A stretch of DNA of 64,000 nucleotides from Raillietiella orientalis (lineage: Eukaryota), in assembly GCA_036172245.1 (NCBI GenBank), contig JAYWIR010000052.1, forward strand, positions 62,001 through 126,000. The letters run 5' to 3'. Shown here piece after piece: positions 47,770 to 61,539 of the stretch; the first letter of the stretch is position 1, and each line of letters starts with the position of its first letter. Under the pieces are notes generated by a model. The model did not search any database and was not told where the DNA came from. It saw nothing but the letters and a program-made list of their open reading frames with translations. Made by a program: the position numbers and the translations under genes.

Positions 47770-48900
47770 GGGAATAGCCCGTGAATCCAGGAAGGCTCCC
47801 GAGGAAGGAGGGAGTCCGTTCTTTTCACGCTCGGTAGGGAGCCCCAGAGGGAACACATCCTCGCCCTGGTTGCCTCCGAAGGGAATCTCTTCGTCGTCGT
47901 CGTTTTCTTCTCCGGAGGGAACCTCCGGAAAGGGTCCGATCCCTGTTCTCCCCTCCTCTGAAGGGGATCCCAGAGTGACGCTTCCCGATTCCTCTGGAGA
48001 GCACTCCTCGAAGGCAGCAGCGCGCTTCTCGACACTCTGCAGAGGAGACCCCCCCGATGGGGGCATCGATCAGCTCCGTGGTACTCGGTGGAGGGTCCAT
48101 CATCACCACCGGAGAGGTGGACCCGGAAGGGAATCGGCGCTCCCTGCTTCTTGGAAGAACCCCAGAAGGTCCACCTCCGGAGTCCTTCCAGGAACCGGAT
48201 GTCCCCGTTGATCGCAGAAGGTCAGAACCCTTCTTTCGCCTGCGAAAGAAGCATTCCGACGTCTTGACGCACGTTCCGACGTCGCCTCGACCCGAGTTCC
48301 GACGTCTTGACCTGCGACGTCTGCCTTCTAGCCAGAGCCTGCGTCACTTTGCACCAACAGTCGGAACTCGGGAAGGTGAAACCGAGAGTCATCAGCAAGA
48401 AGCAGTGAATGCGTTGCTCTTGGCCTTAATACAGCGGGCAAGATTCACTCGTGCTGACTGCACGGGAAGTCGAAGCTTGCTGCCAGTCCGGTGAAACTTG
48501 AAGGGCACCTCGCCCGGATGCATTTCCTGAGCCCTACTCACCGCCGCCACCAGCGCGTCCGGTTTGGTTTCGCTCCTTCGGTCGGGCTCGCGTCACGGAA
48601 GAGCTCTCCGCCCGCCCAACCTTCCGGCTCGCGCACCGCAGGCGCCACCCGTGCAAGTAGTGGCTCGTGCGACCGCTCAGGGGCCAAAAGCAAACCGACG
48701 GATCCTGGCGAAGCGCTGGGCGCCACCATCCGTGCTGCGGGGCAGCTTCGAGCCGTGCCGGAGACCAAGTCGTGCTCTTGCGCGTGACGCGCTGGCCACT
48801 CGGCGGAGGAAACGGGCCGGGCGTCTTTTGCTTTCAGTCGACGTCAGGAGGTGCGTAATTTATAGTCAAGCTTCCTCGCGTGCTCTTTAGGAATAATCGC
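47770..48900 (-). mobile_element. Further L1/Tx1-like ORF1 fragment with acidic tail
   Basis: MELIDAP-type motif and GEENDDDEEIPFGGNQGEDV at 47770-48090; upstream limit uncertain. Confidence 0.6.
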
Positions 48901-51380
48901 AAAAGGAAGATGAATGAGACCGGAGACTGAAAGTTTTTGCACTCCTGAGAAATGAAGGGGGGAGGGGAGGGGAGGGTGGCTTCGAAATCCGTAAGGAAGA
49001 TTCAAATCTTCCTCCTCACCGTCTTGCCTTTCCATTTTTTATTTTTACATCGGAGAGTCCCCCGCAAAAAAAAAAAAAAAAATCGAAGAAAATTACAAAC
49101 GCACGCGCATTCAGATGCGACAGTTCACTGCTGAACGTTATGATTCTGGAAAGAGAAGGAAACGTGAAGAGAGACCTCAACCGTTGCTATCCTTGAGGAG
49201 AGGATGGATGAATTCCTGGGCAGGGGGAAGCTGATTGAAACGAACGAAACGAAACCACGTACTATCCTGCATCCCACTGCGCTTTCCAGATAAGGAACAC
49301 AAGGCAGTCTGGTTTCCACGGAAACGTGCTCGGTTTGACTTGGAAGTTCGAGTTGCACGTTGCCGCAAGCGTTGCGCGTCTTTCGGATCCCATCTTCTGT
49401 GGATCCATCCCCCCCCCCCCCCCGAGAACGGGGAGAGAAAGGAAGAAAAAAAAGAGCTCAATTTACGTTTCGCGAACGCTCTGCGCGCGATATATATATT
49501 TTATAACCGCCTGCTCGTCCGCCGCTCGCGTGCTTTCGTCACGTCACGTCGTCACGTCTCCGCTCGTTTTCCCGAAGACAGCTCGCTTGATTTGCGCCTA
49601 TGAAATTCCAAAAATTTCATTTGAGACGGAGGCACCGTGCCATCGCTTTGGCTGTTGACTTGCGTCTTCGCTTGGAGGCTTCAAGAGCAGAACGCACGTG
49701 ACGGCCGGGGCTTCGTTAAGGCTCCGAAGCAATTAGCAGCAGCGCCGGATTGACAAGAACAGAAAGCGCGGCGCAATTAGTCCGACGAGGATTTCGGGGT
49801 TACCACGTCGGATGTCGGGGAATCCCGGAAACGGCGACGCCGAGCACCGAGCTTCGGACAACCTGCTTCTGGAAAAGGACAAACACGGAAGCACTTGAGA
49901 AAGGAGACTTCATGACTTCGTGGTCGATTCATTAGCTCAGTCACCAGCACCCGTAAAAACGTCCAGGCCAACTATTTCCATTATCCGCGATTACCTTTTT
50001 TTCAGTTGCTACGGACAGTTACTCGAAAAAAACGAACAGTAATTGCTTGGAGTGGGGATCCCCCTCGGTCGGGCTGCGCCGGGACCGAGCTCGGGCCCCG
50101 CCCCCAGTTGGTCACTCGCGGCTTTCGAACGCAGAAAGCCGGTTCCCGGAACATCCGGTGCACGAAGCGATCAGCAAGGGTTTGCCGACCCACGCTCGCC
50201 CCCCCCCCCCCTTTTCCTCCCGCGCCACCCTTCCCCCCGCCTGATCTTCTGCTTGCCTCCTTGCGGGTTCGCCTCCTCCTCCTTCTCGTCTTCTCGTGGT
50301 CCTTCGACTCCACCCGAGGACTTCGCACAGGCGGAGGGATCCTTCGCCGCAGCAACTTCCCGACGTTCATTCACGCGTCATGGCGGAGTCCCGTCGTCCT
50401 TGCGTAAATGAATAAAAATAAACCTCGTAAAAAATATGCAAAAAACAATAATATATATATTTATTTTTCAAAAAAGGAATTTACTGGCTCATAAGAGGAT
50501 GATCCATGGCAGGTGCATCAAAGACAGGTGTGCAGGCGGTCGGATTATCACAGTAGGGAGGAAGGAACGCAGTTTCCAGCAGTGAATGGGAGCCCTTGAC
50601 ACGGCCCGCAAAAGGACAAAGGTTCGGGACCCCGGTCTTGGAAAAATTACGCTCGGTTGAGTCGCTGTCTCCACAGTTCCTTCTCTGGAAACGGAACCCA
50701 AACAGAATGCCGGCGAGGGAAGAATCGGCCGGTTGCATCCCTCCTCTCGTCGGCAAAGCGGTGGTTACGCGCGCCTGCACACCGGGGGATGTTCGGTTCG
50801 CATGCATCCACCACACTTGGCTGATTTCAGGGCCCCCGCGGCCGAGGAGCCGCCCGCCGCCGACGGAGGAGGCAGAAACGCTCGCTCTTCCCGGCAAGGT
50901 CGCGGAGCCACTTGCCTCCCTCCCCTCGCCCGACGGAGGATCGATCGGGGCGCGGACGGCATCCATCCCGCCCTTCCGCGAGGGGGGGAGAAACCCTCCG
51001 TTGTCTCCCGAACGAGAGGAAAAGTCCTCCGCTGGCGCCCGCAGGCTCGCGCGGCTGCTGCGCGTCCCGGGCCGCCCGGACCGCCTCGGACGCCTGCAGC
51101 TGGGCGAGAGGGTCGCCGCCGGTGACGAGGCTGCCCTTGCGTGCCCGTGGACCCGTCCCCCGACAGGTGCGCTCCCCCTCGGGCGCGCGCGGCACGGCCT
51201 CCGCCCGCTGGGCCACGTAGGCCAACCCGATCCGACTGAAGCGGAGTGCGTGTGAACACGTACGGTGTACAGCGTACCTATGTGTGTGTGCGTGCGCACG
51301 TACAGCTTTATGAGGACCGACTCGAAGTCAGCCGACTGAAAGACACACACACACACAATGTTCAAGTGAGTTTGCAGCGG

Positions 51381-51411
<31 letters not shown>

Positions 51412-51509
51412 TAAATCTGTTTGAGTTGAGAACCTCCTGTCAGCTTCTCAGAATACCTATTTCGTGCTGGCTGTAGGAGGTGAATCTGTGACCATCTCGG
51501 TCGCGGCGG

Positions 51510-51901
<392 letters not shown>

Positions 51902-53054
51902 TAATGGAAAAAGAGAGCAGCTCTTTTTTGACAACACCCGCGTACATACGCATGCATGTGTGTACGTATGCGCGCACACAGTGTACTTAGTTTGTGCGGA
52001 TGCGCCGTTGTGAGCATCTCGGTACGCACCACATACATATATCTAAGTGGGTGGTGTGCACACAGCGATGCATTTGCTTGTACACGTACGCAAACATGTG
52101 TGCAAGCATGCATGCATGTGTATTTTCAACACACATGCGCATGTACACGACTTTGTGCCTGTGCATATAAATATATATATATATATATATATAAATGAAC
52201 AGATGTACGTACATTTTCCGTGTACATGCAGAGGAGCAGCCACCCTCGAACTGCAACTCTGGGGCATAACTTTTTTGCGTGCCTTTTCTTATCGCTTCAG
52301 AAAGGATGGGAGCGCCGTAGTGCAATTTTTTCGCGTGTGTTCCTTTTTTTTTTTTTTGTTTCGCACCGTTATGGTATGACGTCTCCGCGGCTACCGGTTT
52401 CGATTCATCTGCGAAGGGTCGCGCGGGAAAACGCCCTAGGTGCAACGCAGACTGGACGTCGGATGCCCGAGGTCTCCGCGGTCGTGAAGTCTTTCGATAC
52501 GTGTCGTGTGGGCTGCTTGCCGTGCCGCCGCCAGCGGCTCGCGTGACTTCGTGCAGGTACAGTTCGGACACGTCGCCCTCGTTTCTGCGTGTGTGCCCCC
52601 TCCCTTCTCCCACGAGAGAGTTCTGCCGCTGCGGCAAAACAAGGCTCTGGGAGGGGGGGCGGGGCGAACCGGCAGGGTCCACGAGGCGCGCGCACCCCGT
52701 TCGGTCACTGCCGGTGGCACTGTAGCCCTCCGGCCGGCAACACGAACGGAGGAAGGCTTACGACGGACTTCCTATCGAGAACGGAACGGTTCGCTTCCTG
52801 ACTTCCTCTGCCGCCAGCCTCCGCCGTGTTCCGGCAAACCTCCCTCTCAGAATCCAAACAAAGAATTCCAACGGGACGGATTTTTTTTTTTTTTTTTGTT
52901 GGCTTCCACCCGTTATTACACTGCGTAGAAAGCCACTTCGGTAGCTTTGGAGTGCTGAAGGCACAAAAAAGTTCCTCGACACGGTGTCTCCGAAGCGCAG
53001 CGCTGCGTAGGGGAGCTGCCGTCGCGGCGACAAAGGCCTTGCAGGATTCCCAGG

Positions 53055-53101
<47 letters not shown>

Positions 53102-54030
53102 TTTGAATTTTCAGCAGCGCTCGGTTTGGGCGCGACTGCGTTGGCCGGGCTGCAGTCTCATGAAGAAGAAACCGAACTGCGAGTTTTCGAGGCTTGGCGT
53201 GGGAAGGCAAAATCACCTGTGGAAGTTTTTCCTTCCTTTCCTTCTTCCCCTCCTCCGCCACCCCGATCGGAATAACGGAAAGTTCGTTCTGCGGATGCCT
53301 CGAGCAAACACGTCGATGCTTCGGAGCGCCTAGGAAAACGGGAGGAGGCGAAAAGTTGCTGGAGCGTACAAAATTTCAAAAGTGATGGGGGGGAGGAGGG
53401 GCTTGATAGGACATGATATGCCCCGGCAACACCACCTTGCATTGGGCATCAGTGATCCGTACGTTCGGTACACGTCAGAGTTAGCTGATAGGCATTCAGG
53501 ATCGAAGAAGGGAGCTGGAAAAAGAGAAAAAACGAGTGTTTCAGACGACGACGGAAGCGAGCAAGAGCCGATAAGATTCTCCTACCACAATTAGTGCTTG
53601 CGGGGGAGGAAATCGTGAATTCTGCTCGAGGATGCAAACGGTGCCCCGGCAGCCAGGACAGGGTAAGTTAGGAATGTGTCCAAGCACCGAAGAAACCCTA
53701 AGATGGTGATGAAACTGTGGGAAGGGTTAGGCATCCCGAGACAGACTTTAGAGAGGGAAAGATGTTAGGGGGGATCGCAGGCGCAGTATGACCCTTTGGA
53801 TTCTTAAACGTGAGACTTTTATCTTCCACAGGTGGTGATTTCCTGCCTCGTTCGAGGCAGTTTCTGGCAGATTCCCTTCTTCATCACCTGCCAGTGCCTC
53901 CCAGAAATTCGTTTAAAACGAATTTATTGGAGATCGATGAGAGGAGGCATGGTATTTCGGGCACGTGCACGCCGGAATTCAGCCTATAGAAATGCTCAAA
54001 TAGATGGAATTGAGTATTTCTAACTTCAAG

Positions 54031-54082
54031 CGGTAGCCCCTCGTATAACGCGGGGGGGATTCTTTCCGCCGCGTTATACGAG
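54031..54082. repeat. 14-bp perfect hairpin, likely a pogo/Tigger-like MITE end remnant
   Basis: ctcgtataacgcgg (54040-54053) / ccgcgttatacgag (54069-54082), preceded by cggtagccc. Confidence 0.55.
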
Positions 54083-54391
54083 CCCTATGAGTCGTGCATG
54101 GAAAATAAAAGACATAAAATGTATCTTAAAACGTTCTGGCAGTCGAATGTTTATTAATTCGCTTTGAAACAAAAATACAAAGAAAATGAAAGCGTTTATT
54201 TATTGTTTAAACTGAATAAAAAAAAAAAAAATTTTTTTTCTTCTTTTTTTTTTTTTTTCCTTTTGAGTTTCGTTGACCGTTCCCTCGTCAAGACGACGCT
54301 CTCGAGCTCCGCAGCTCTCGTTGTCCAGGAAACCACCTTCTCGCGCTATCCCATTCACGAAATTTTTTTTTTTTTTTCAAAAGCAAAAAGC

Positions 54392-54548
54392 GGCATCCAG
54401 CCTGCTCACATCACGTGTTGGTGTCCTTTCTTTTTTAAAAGAGAAGAAAAGAAACGCAGGTGAAGAGACGGGGTCGAAGTTTCTCCGAGGCGCCGCACGG
54501 GTGCCGCCGGGTCGGCGCGCCGCGGAGGGGCCGGCGCCGCCATCTTCG
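54392..54548. repeat. Inverted copy of the 30255-30420 repeat
   Basis: Direct comparison. Confidence 0.85.
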
Positions 54549-57253
54549 CCGGCCGGCGCCCTACGGGGGTATCCCGCGCGTCTCCGAGCCCACGTAGGCG
54601 AGTACGGCGCTATGTAGCTGTACAGTTCCATTGCATCGGGGGGCCGACGCCAATGCAGTCGTACGCAATTCCGGCGGTTGCGCAATTTCCGATCGCAGCA
54701 CGTGAGAAAAATGACAACGAAGCAGCGTACAAACGTTACCTTTAAATGGCTGCGTTTCGAGATAAAAAAAAAAAAAAAAAGGAAAAAAAAAAAAGATTCG
54801 TCAGCGGCGAAAAGCCCACGACGCGCGCGCATCCAAGTTGGGAGGGGGGGCGCAGGTCAAACTTTGCTCTCCTGATCTCGCGTACGACTTGGGAACCTTT
54901 CACCTTTGCATTCGGTCGGCATGCTGTCCACCTTGTTTGCTCAGCGCGGCTCTTCTTGATCACCTTCCGAAGAAAACATCCGATTCTTTTTTCTTCTTCT
55001 TCTTCTTCTTCTCCTGCTAGAAGAAGACTTCGTGGGCTCTCCGCGGGCAGCTTTCGACCTTTGGCAACACCCCCGTTGCTCAGCCTGGTAGCCACGGTGG
55101 TCTCCAGGTCGAAGCTGTCGGTTGCCGAACCGAAAGCCCATCCTTAGGAGGCACGTCCTTAGGAGGGTGGTTCGGTGGTTGAACGCCGAAGGGTGCGCCG
55201 CCGCCGGGGCTGACTTTGGTGGCGGTGGTGACCCGCACGACGCGCACGAGACCGCCGTCACTCGGTGTTCCGCTCCGGAGCGGATCGCTTCCGTTTCCCC
55301 TCTGCAAGTCATTCCTTCCTTCGGATTCTTTCATGCCTTAACGCACGTGGCTTAATTTATCCGTACACATTTCGTAAATGAAACGTACCTTTTGTTTTCC
55401 GCGTGTACCTGCGCGTGTCTTTTCAGGAGATCGAGACGGAACGAGGTCGAAAGGAACTCATCGCACACTCGTTAGCCGATTACACAGTACGAACCCGTAC
55501 GAGCGCCGCGCGTTTGCGTACGCAAAGCCAATTAAACGACAAAAACAAAAAGGGGGGAGGGGGGAGGTGAACTTACGGTATTTTCGGAGGAGGGAAAGGT
55601 ATACGAAGGCGCTGAAATCTTCCTCCCAAGAACGGCGGAAAAAGAAGCGGAAGCGACCGCTTTCCCGCCATCTTCTGCATCCGAAAAAAAATCCCTGCAA
55701 GGAAGGCATTCCCTCCCAGAAGTTGCTCGCTCTCCTCCCTCTTCCCTTCGTTAACGTGTTATTGATTCCTCTGGGAGGCGACGGATGGGAAAAGATGGCG
55801 AACGACCAGAGGATGAAATCACGAAGTCACTTAACGTCCTCTGGGAGGCGGAAGCGGAAGCGCTGCAGCCGGCAGTGGTGCTCGGAGAAGCGTACGGAAG
55901 GGGCGGGGGGGATGCTGGGGCCGCGCGTACACTCGAGGATCCCAGCCCGCTCGCTTGCCCTTGGTAGTCTTTTTTTTTTTTCTTTGCCTTCCCCTTTCGA
56001 ATCCTACAGCAGACCGGCGGCAGGGCAAAAGTCACCGCGCGTACCGTCCGTCCCGCACAGCGTGTACAGACAGCTGCCACACGTCGCCCGCGGCCATGGG
56101 GGCCGGGCGGGAGAAGGACGGACTTTCCCTATGGCTGCTGCACCACGTTGGTCCCGATTCGAGGGATCCGTGCACGAAGAAGTGCGGGGGAATTTTTTTC
56201 CTTCTTTTTTTTTTTTTCTTTTTGGCTTGAAAAACAAAAAAAACACACACACGCCAAAAGGGAGGAAAGCAAAACCGAGGCTCCCGTTGGGCTGCATGGG
56301 GCGGAATGTCGCTTGCGCGCGCGTTCCCCCTCCCGACACATCCAGCATGACGAGCACATCCATCCGTGCCCGCAAGGGCGGAGGGCACGCGCGCATGCTC
56401 CGTCTCCAGGAGCCGGGATGCAGCCTCCCTTCTTCGGACTGGCGTCGCTCCTTCCGCCTTCCGCGCACACACAAGTCGCTGCCGCGGACCGGGAAGCATC
56501 TCCTTCCTTCCCCGAAGTGCGAAAGCATCCGATCCCCCTCTTCATCTCCTGTGCAGCCGCAGGCTGGTGAATTGGGCGCTTTTCCGTGGAGGTTTCTCCT
56601 TTTTTTTCTTTTTTTTTTTTGGGGGGGGGGGGGGGAGGGAGGGAAAGGGGGGGGGACGCTTCGCGTCTTCCGTGCGCATGAGGTATGGCTTATCAAAATG
56701 ACAAATGAATGTAATTAAGCACGTGGCGAAAGAGAAAGAACACCCAGAGTTCGGTGCTAAGTGTTGTCGTCAATAGGGGGAGGCTCGCGCCGCGCCAAAG
56801 TACTGAATTGGCGCAGGTCGACGGATGGACGTTTGATTGCCGACAGAAAGGATTAAGGCAGGAATTGCGTTGCGTGGCGCCGCCCGTCCGTTCCCTCTCC
56901 CCGTCCGCGCGCGCGTGGGGGATTTTCGGAGCCGCCGCCGAGCACGCTCGAAGCGGCCCGCCATCTTCCAGCCGACCTGACTGACGTGCCGTGTTCGTGT
57001 CGAAGGACTCGCATCCGAACGGGAAAAGACAGATGAAAGCTCCGGAAGCCCACGAGCGCGTCGCCGCCACGAGACACGGCTGAGCGCAACTCGGCGGAAA
57101 GAAAGAGTCAGTTCCCGGGGTGCACGAGTGTTCCGTTTCGTCCGCAAGAGCTGCAAGAGCGTCGTCGGTGACCCGGTGGTTTACTCGTCCGTTCAGAAAG
57201 GGAAGGGAAAAAGGAAGCAGGAAGAATGCACCCGACCGCGCTCGAGATGGGAA

Positions 57254-57256
<3 letters not shown>

Positions 57257-57288
<32 letters not shown>

Positions 57289-57331
57289 CCACCACCACCA
57301 CCACCACCATCACCACCACCACCACCACCAC
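57257..57331. repeat. Compound microsatellite (CAG)10(CAC/CAT)15
   Basis: Directly visible. Confidence 0.95.
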
Positions 57332-60300
57332 CTCGCTGCCACAACTCTTTCCTCGCAGGTATGAAAATTCGCTTCTCGAGTGGATGGGCAGCTCGGAAGG
57401 ACACCTCGGAGTGTCGCGCGCGGAAGGAGCGCTTCTTTCCCGGAGGGCTGTCGGGATTTCCAGACACAGAACACGGATGCACGGCAGCTGGGTGGGGGGT
57501 GGGGGACCGGACCGAGCGTCGGCCCAGCTCGGCGTGCGCCAAAGTGTGCTCCGCCGAACGCGGAGCACACTTTGGTGGAAGGTCCGTGAAAAATAGAGTT
57601 CCGCTTTGCTTCCTCAGCTCTTCTATTTACTCGCTCAGTCTGTCTATCGCGAACGCCTTACCCACCCTATAAAGCAACCGAGGTGTTCCGTCCAAATTTC
57701 GGGGTTCGCGAAGTGCTTCCGTCACGGGAAAAGTTCGGGAAACGCCGGCCGGGAGAATCCCGGAGAGTTTTTTTTTCTTTTTTTTTTTCAGGCGCGGGAA
57801 CGAAAGGGATGCCATTCCAGATCTATTTCCCTTTCTTCCTTTTGCAGATCGCGTTCTCCACCTACTTTGAAACACCTTTTTTCTTCTTTTTTTTCTTTTT
57901 GAATGTTTGCCCATGTCTAAAATAATTCAAACACAAACGGGAATGGGATGCCATCGAGTGGTTACCGAGGCTACCGAGGGAGTGTACGGCACGTAACGAA
58001 GTGCACGTTATGTCCTGCGGGGCATTTCTCTTCAAATCGGACACGAAGGACATTTCTCGAAACGAAGCACACACACGAGGCATGCAGAAGGAGAAGAAGA
58101 AGGAGAAGAAGAAGGAGAAGAAGAAGAAGACTGGGAAGGAGGAGTGAGTGAGTGAGTGGGGGGGGGGGGGGACCGAGAAGCAGGATCCTCGTGGGATCCC
58201 GGAAAAATTTCGCCTGAGGAAGAACGTAGGTCCGAAGGTGCTGCTGCTCCTCGGATTCGTTCCCGCGACCACACGTGCCACACACGCATCCTCTCCTTCC
58301 ACGTGGGATGATGGGGCGGACATTTCCCCGCATTTCTCGCGCACGCGCGGATGCGAGCCTCGCGGCCTTGGCTCGCGCCGCAGCCGATGCTGGTCACCGG
58401 ACAGCCCGCGACCTGAGCGGATGGTTGCCCGGAAACCCGCGCACGGCTGCGCGCTTGTGCGCAGGGAGGGACGACGTCGCCGCAGGTTGAGACTCCCATT
58501 CGTTCGTTCGAATGCCGAATCTGCAAAAGTAAGTAAGAAGAGCCGACGAAAGTCGCTCAGAGGTCATGCCAGAGTCTGCTCCCGACAGGACAGGAGGACC
58601 AGGACCCTCGGGGTCAGGACGCCGAACGCGTTGTTCAAGCAGGCGACACGGTCATCGCAACCGTAATCAGAAAAGATTCGACTGGGAAAAGAAGAAACTG
58701 CAAGCGCCGATCCGAAAGTAATTGGCGTCGCCATCAGAATGCGGTCGGTGCACGGGTCGTGCACGGCATATCTTCGCAGATGCATCGGGGAGGGAGGCGG
58801 GGGGGGGGGGAGGGAGGGAAAGTAAAGTGTAAGAGAAGATTGTAGAGCTCTATGTGTATTCCTTGCGTCCGGAAACCCCAACGTCACTTCCTTTGGGGAT
58901 GGCGCTCGGAGCGGCCAGAAGCGGAAGCGTAGGAGTCCGGCAAGATGGGACCGAAATTCCAAAAACCTCGTTGCTAGCAACGCCCGGGTTGCCACGCAGC
59001 TCCCAGGTCGAGGTCCGAATCCAAGAGCCCATCGCAGATTGCTCATCCGGACGGCTTTCCAGCAGCATCAGCACCGCGAGGAGCGAACCTTCTGTAAGCG
59101 CGCGCAAGCAGGAGCCGTACGCCAAGATCGGTGGGGTGCGTCGGAGACGAAAAGATTTCCTTATTCGCCCGCAGATCCGTAGGAGGCCTCGGTCCGCGTC
59201 GTGATGGATGACCCCATGATCCGAGGTATATGGGAAACTGGATGTGGCATGCACTTGATGACCCGACGTGTGCCACGAAGGCAAACGAGCGACGCATGCA
59301 GCAGCAGCAGCAGCTCTTCGTTTCGAAGTGATATTGGAAATTCCTGCAGTCATATAAAAAAGCAAATTTCTTCCCCCCCCCCCCCCCCCGCCCGCCCGCC
59401 CGCCCTCCCCTTTTTCTTTCTTTCTTTCTTTCTTTTTTTTTTTTTTTTCTTTCCACTGTGGAAATGGATTTTCGAAGGAGGTATGACGCGCGGAACCGAC
59501 CTCCTATTTGAATGGGCGACGCCGACACGCCCGCCCGCCACCCGGACACCGGCGTGCTGAGGGAGTTGCCGGGACGACCGCTCTCCGTCTGATGAATGGA
59601 GGAATCGTTCGTCTCACCCCGAGTGGGCGAAGAGCTTTTCGGCTCCCCCACTTTGCATGTGCGAGCGGACCGATCCCGTGGACGTTCGGCTTTTCGATAA
59701 GCTGATTCCCGCGACCGGAAATCCACCGCTTTCATCTCCAGGTGATCTTCCGTTTTCCCCCCCCCCCCCCCTTTCCTCCTCCGGCACGGGAGCGTCGGTG
59801 GGGAAGCGGCGGCGAGCGTTCAGGAATTCCTCCCACTCTCCTCCGTCCAGCGGTGGCGACGAATCTGCCACGGACGTGCGCGTAGAGAGCTGGACCGGAA
59901 TCCCCGGACGTCCCCCGTGATGGGCATCACCCCATCGAACTTCCCCTCGCCACACTCGGGGAGAGCCCCCGCGACGGCGCGCGCCGCGCGTTTCGCAGCG
60001 ACGCCGCGAAAATAAAAAAAAAAAAATAAAAAAGCAGAAGCACAGCCTCAAGATCATACCTCGCGAACACGTGTTTGTGCAACACTTTCCACCGATGACA
60101 CAGATGGAAAAAGAGAATCATTGCAGTTGTTTCCATCCCGCTAATAACTCCCCGGTCACATGTTTATCCTATGGCTACGCCGTAATCTACGCGTTGCCTG
60201 GCTACCAAATTGCGTCTCCGCGCACGATTTGCCAACAGCCATTTCTTTCCCGGAGCCGTGATCGAGAGCGGGCGATGTGTTGGAAGTGCACGGGATCCGT

Positions 60301-61500
60301 GGAGATGGGGGGGGGGGGGAAGGGCGACCTGCAGGTAGAGAGAGAGGGAGGGAGGGAGACGCGCGGAACCGCCGAGAGAGAGTTCTCTCCTTCTTCTTCT
60401 GCCCCACCGGTGGTGGCGGTGGTGGTGGCGGGGAGTCTTTCAGCCGCGCGCGCGCGCGCACACACACTTTCCCATCAAAACCGATTCGAGTGTGTGTTCC
60501 TCTTCGGAAGCAGAAGTGGTGTGTCTCTTCGGCCCTGCAGCATGAGGGAGGAGGGGGCGGGGGAGGAGGAAGAACCCCCGACGAGCGGAGCGCTCGGCAC
60601 GCGTGGTGTTCCCTCTGCGTGCGTTGCGTGGCTTCGTTTCCTCTCTCTCTCCTCCTGGACCCATTCAGTCGGAGTGGGTCGGTTGTCGTTTCGCGCGCAG
60701 CGGCGAGAGTCCTCCCGCAGAAACCCCCCGTGGCATCGGATGCGGAGGCTCTTCGTGTGTGCAGACGGGCAGATTACCGTTTTTTTTTTTTTTTTTCTTT
60801 CCCTTTTTTCCGTTTTGTTTGTTCGATTCAGTTGACCCGGCCGAGGAAGGAGCCGCAAGTACGCGTCGGGCTGCGTACATCTGTACGCTTCGCGTGGTTC
60901 GAGCGCGCGTTTCCATGGGTCCTTTTCCGATGACCCCACGATGGGTTCGTCCTCCAGCCGCGCGCGCGTACTGCGGAGCTGTACATCGGAAAACGTACGT
61001 CCCCCCCCCCCGCCCCCTCGCCTTCCGTGATGATGCTTAGAGGAGAGCGGCGAACACTGCGTGCGAGCCGTGTCTCTGCCATCTTGTAACACGTTGCCAA
61101 AGCACTCCTCCGTTTCGTTGCGTAAGAGCGGCTTTGTTCATTCATATATTATAGAAACCGTCGGCATGGAAAATGCTTACGAAATGTGGAATTCCATGCC
61201 GTTGCGATGTAATGTAGCAAGGGAGGCTGCGGACGCGCCGTTCACATGGAAACGCATGGAACACACACGTAAGCGCGCGCTACACGTGCATGTGTGTGTG
61301 TGTGTGTGTGTGTGCTGCACGTTTTTTTCAGAGAGGAGGATGACGACTTTTTTTTTTTTTTTTTTTTTTTTTAGTAACTCGGAGAGATCGTTAACACTTT
61401 AACAAGTGTGTGCGCGGTTAATTTTGTCACAGCCGATTCGTAATGCCGAGTATTTTTAACGTTCAAATTTTATTTACGAAAATTCCGCGTGCATGGCGCC

Positions 61501-61539
<39 letters not shown>

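Noticed and set aside
57128..57364. PolyQ/polyH transcription-factor exon
   Set aside because: Explained by a compound microsatellite; no flanking domain or convincing exon context.
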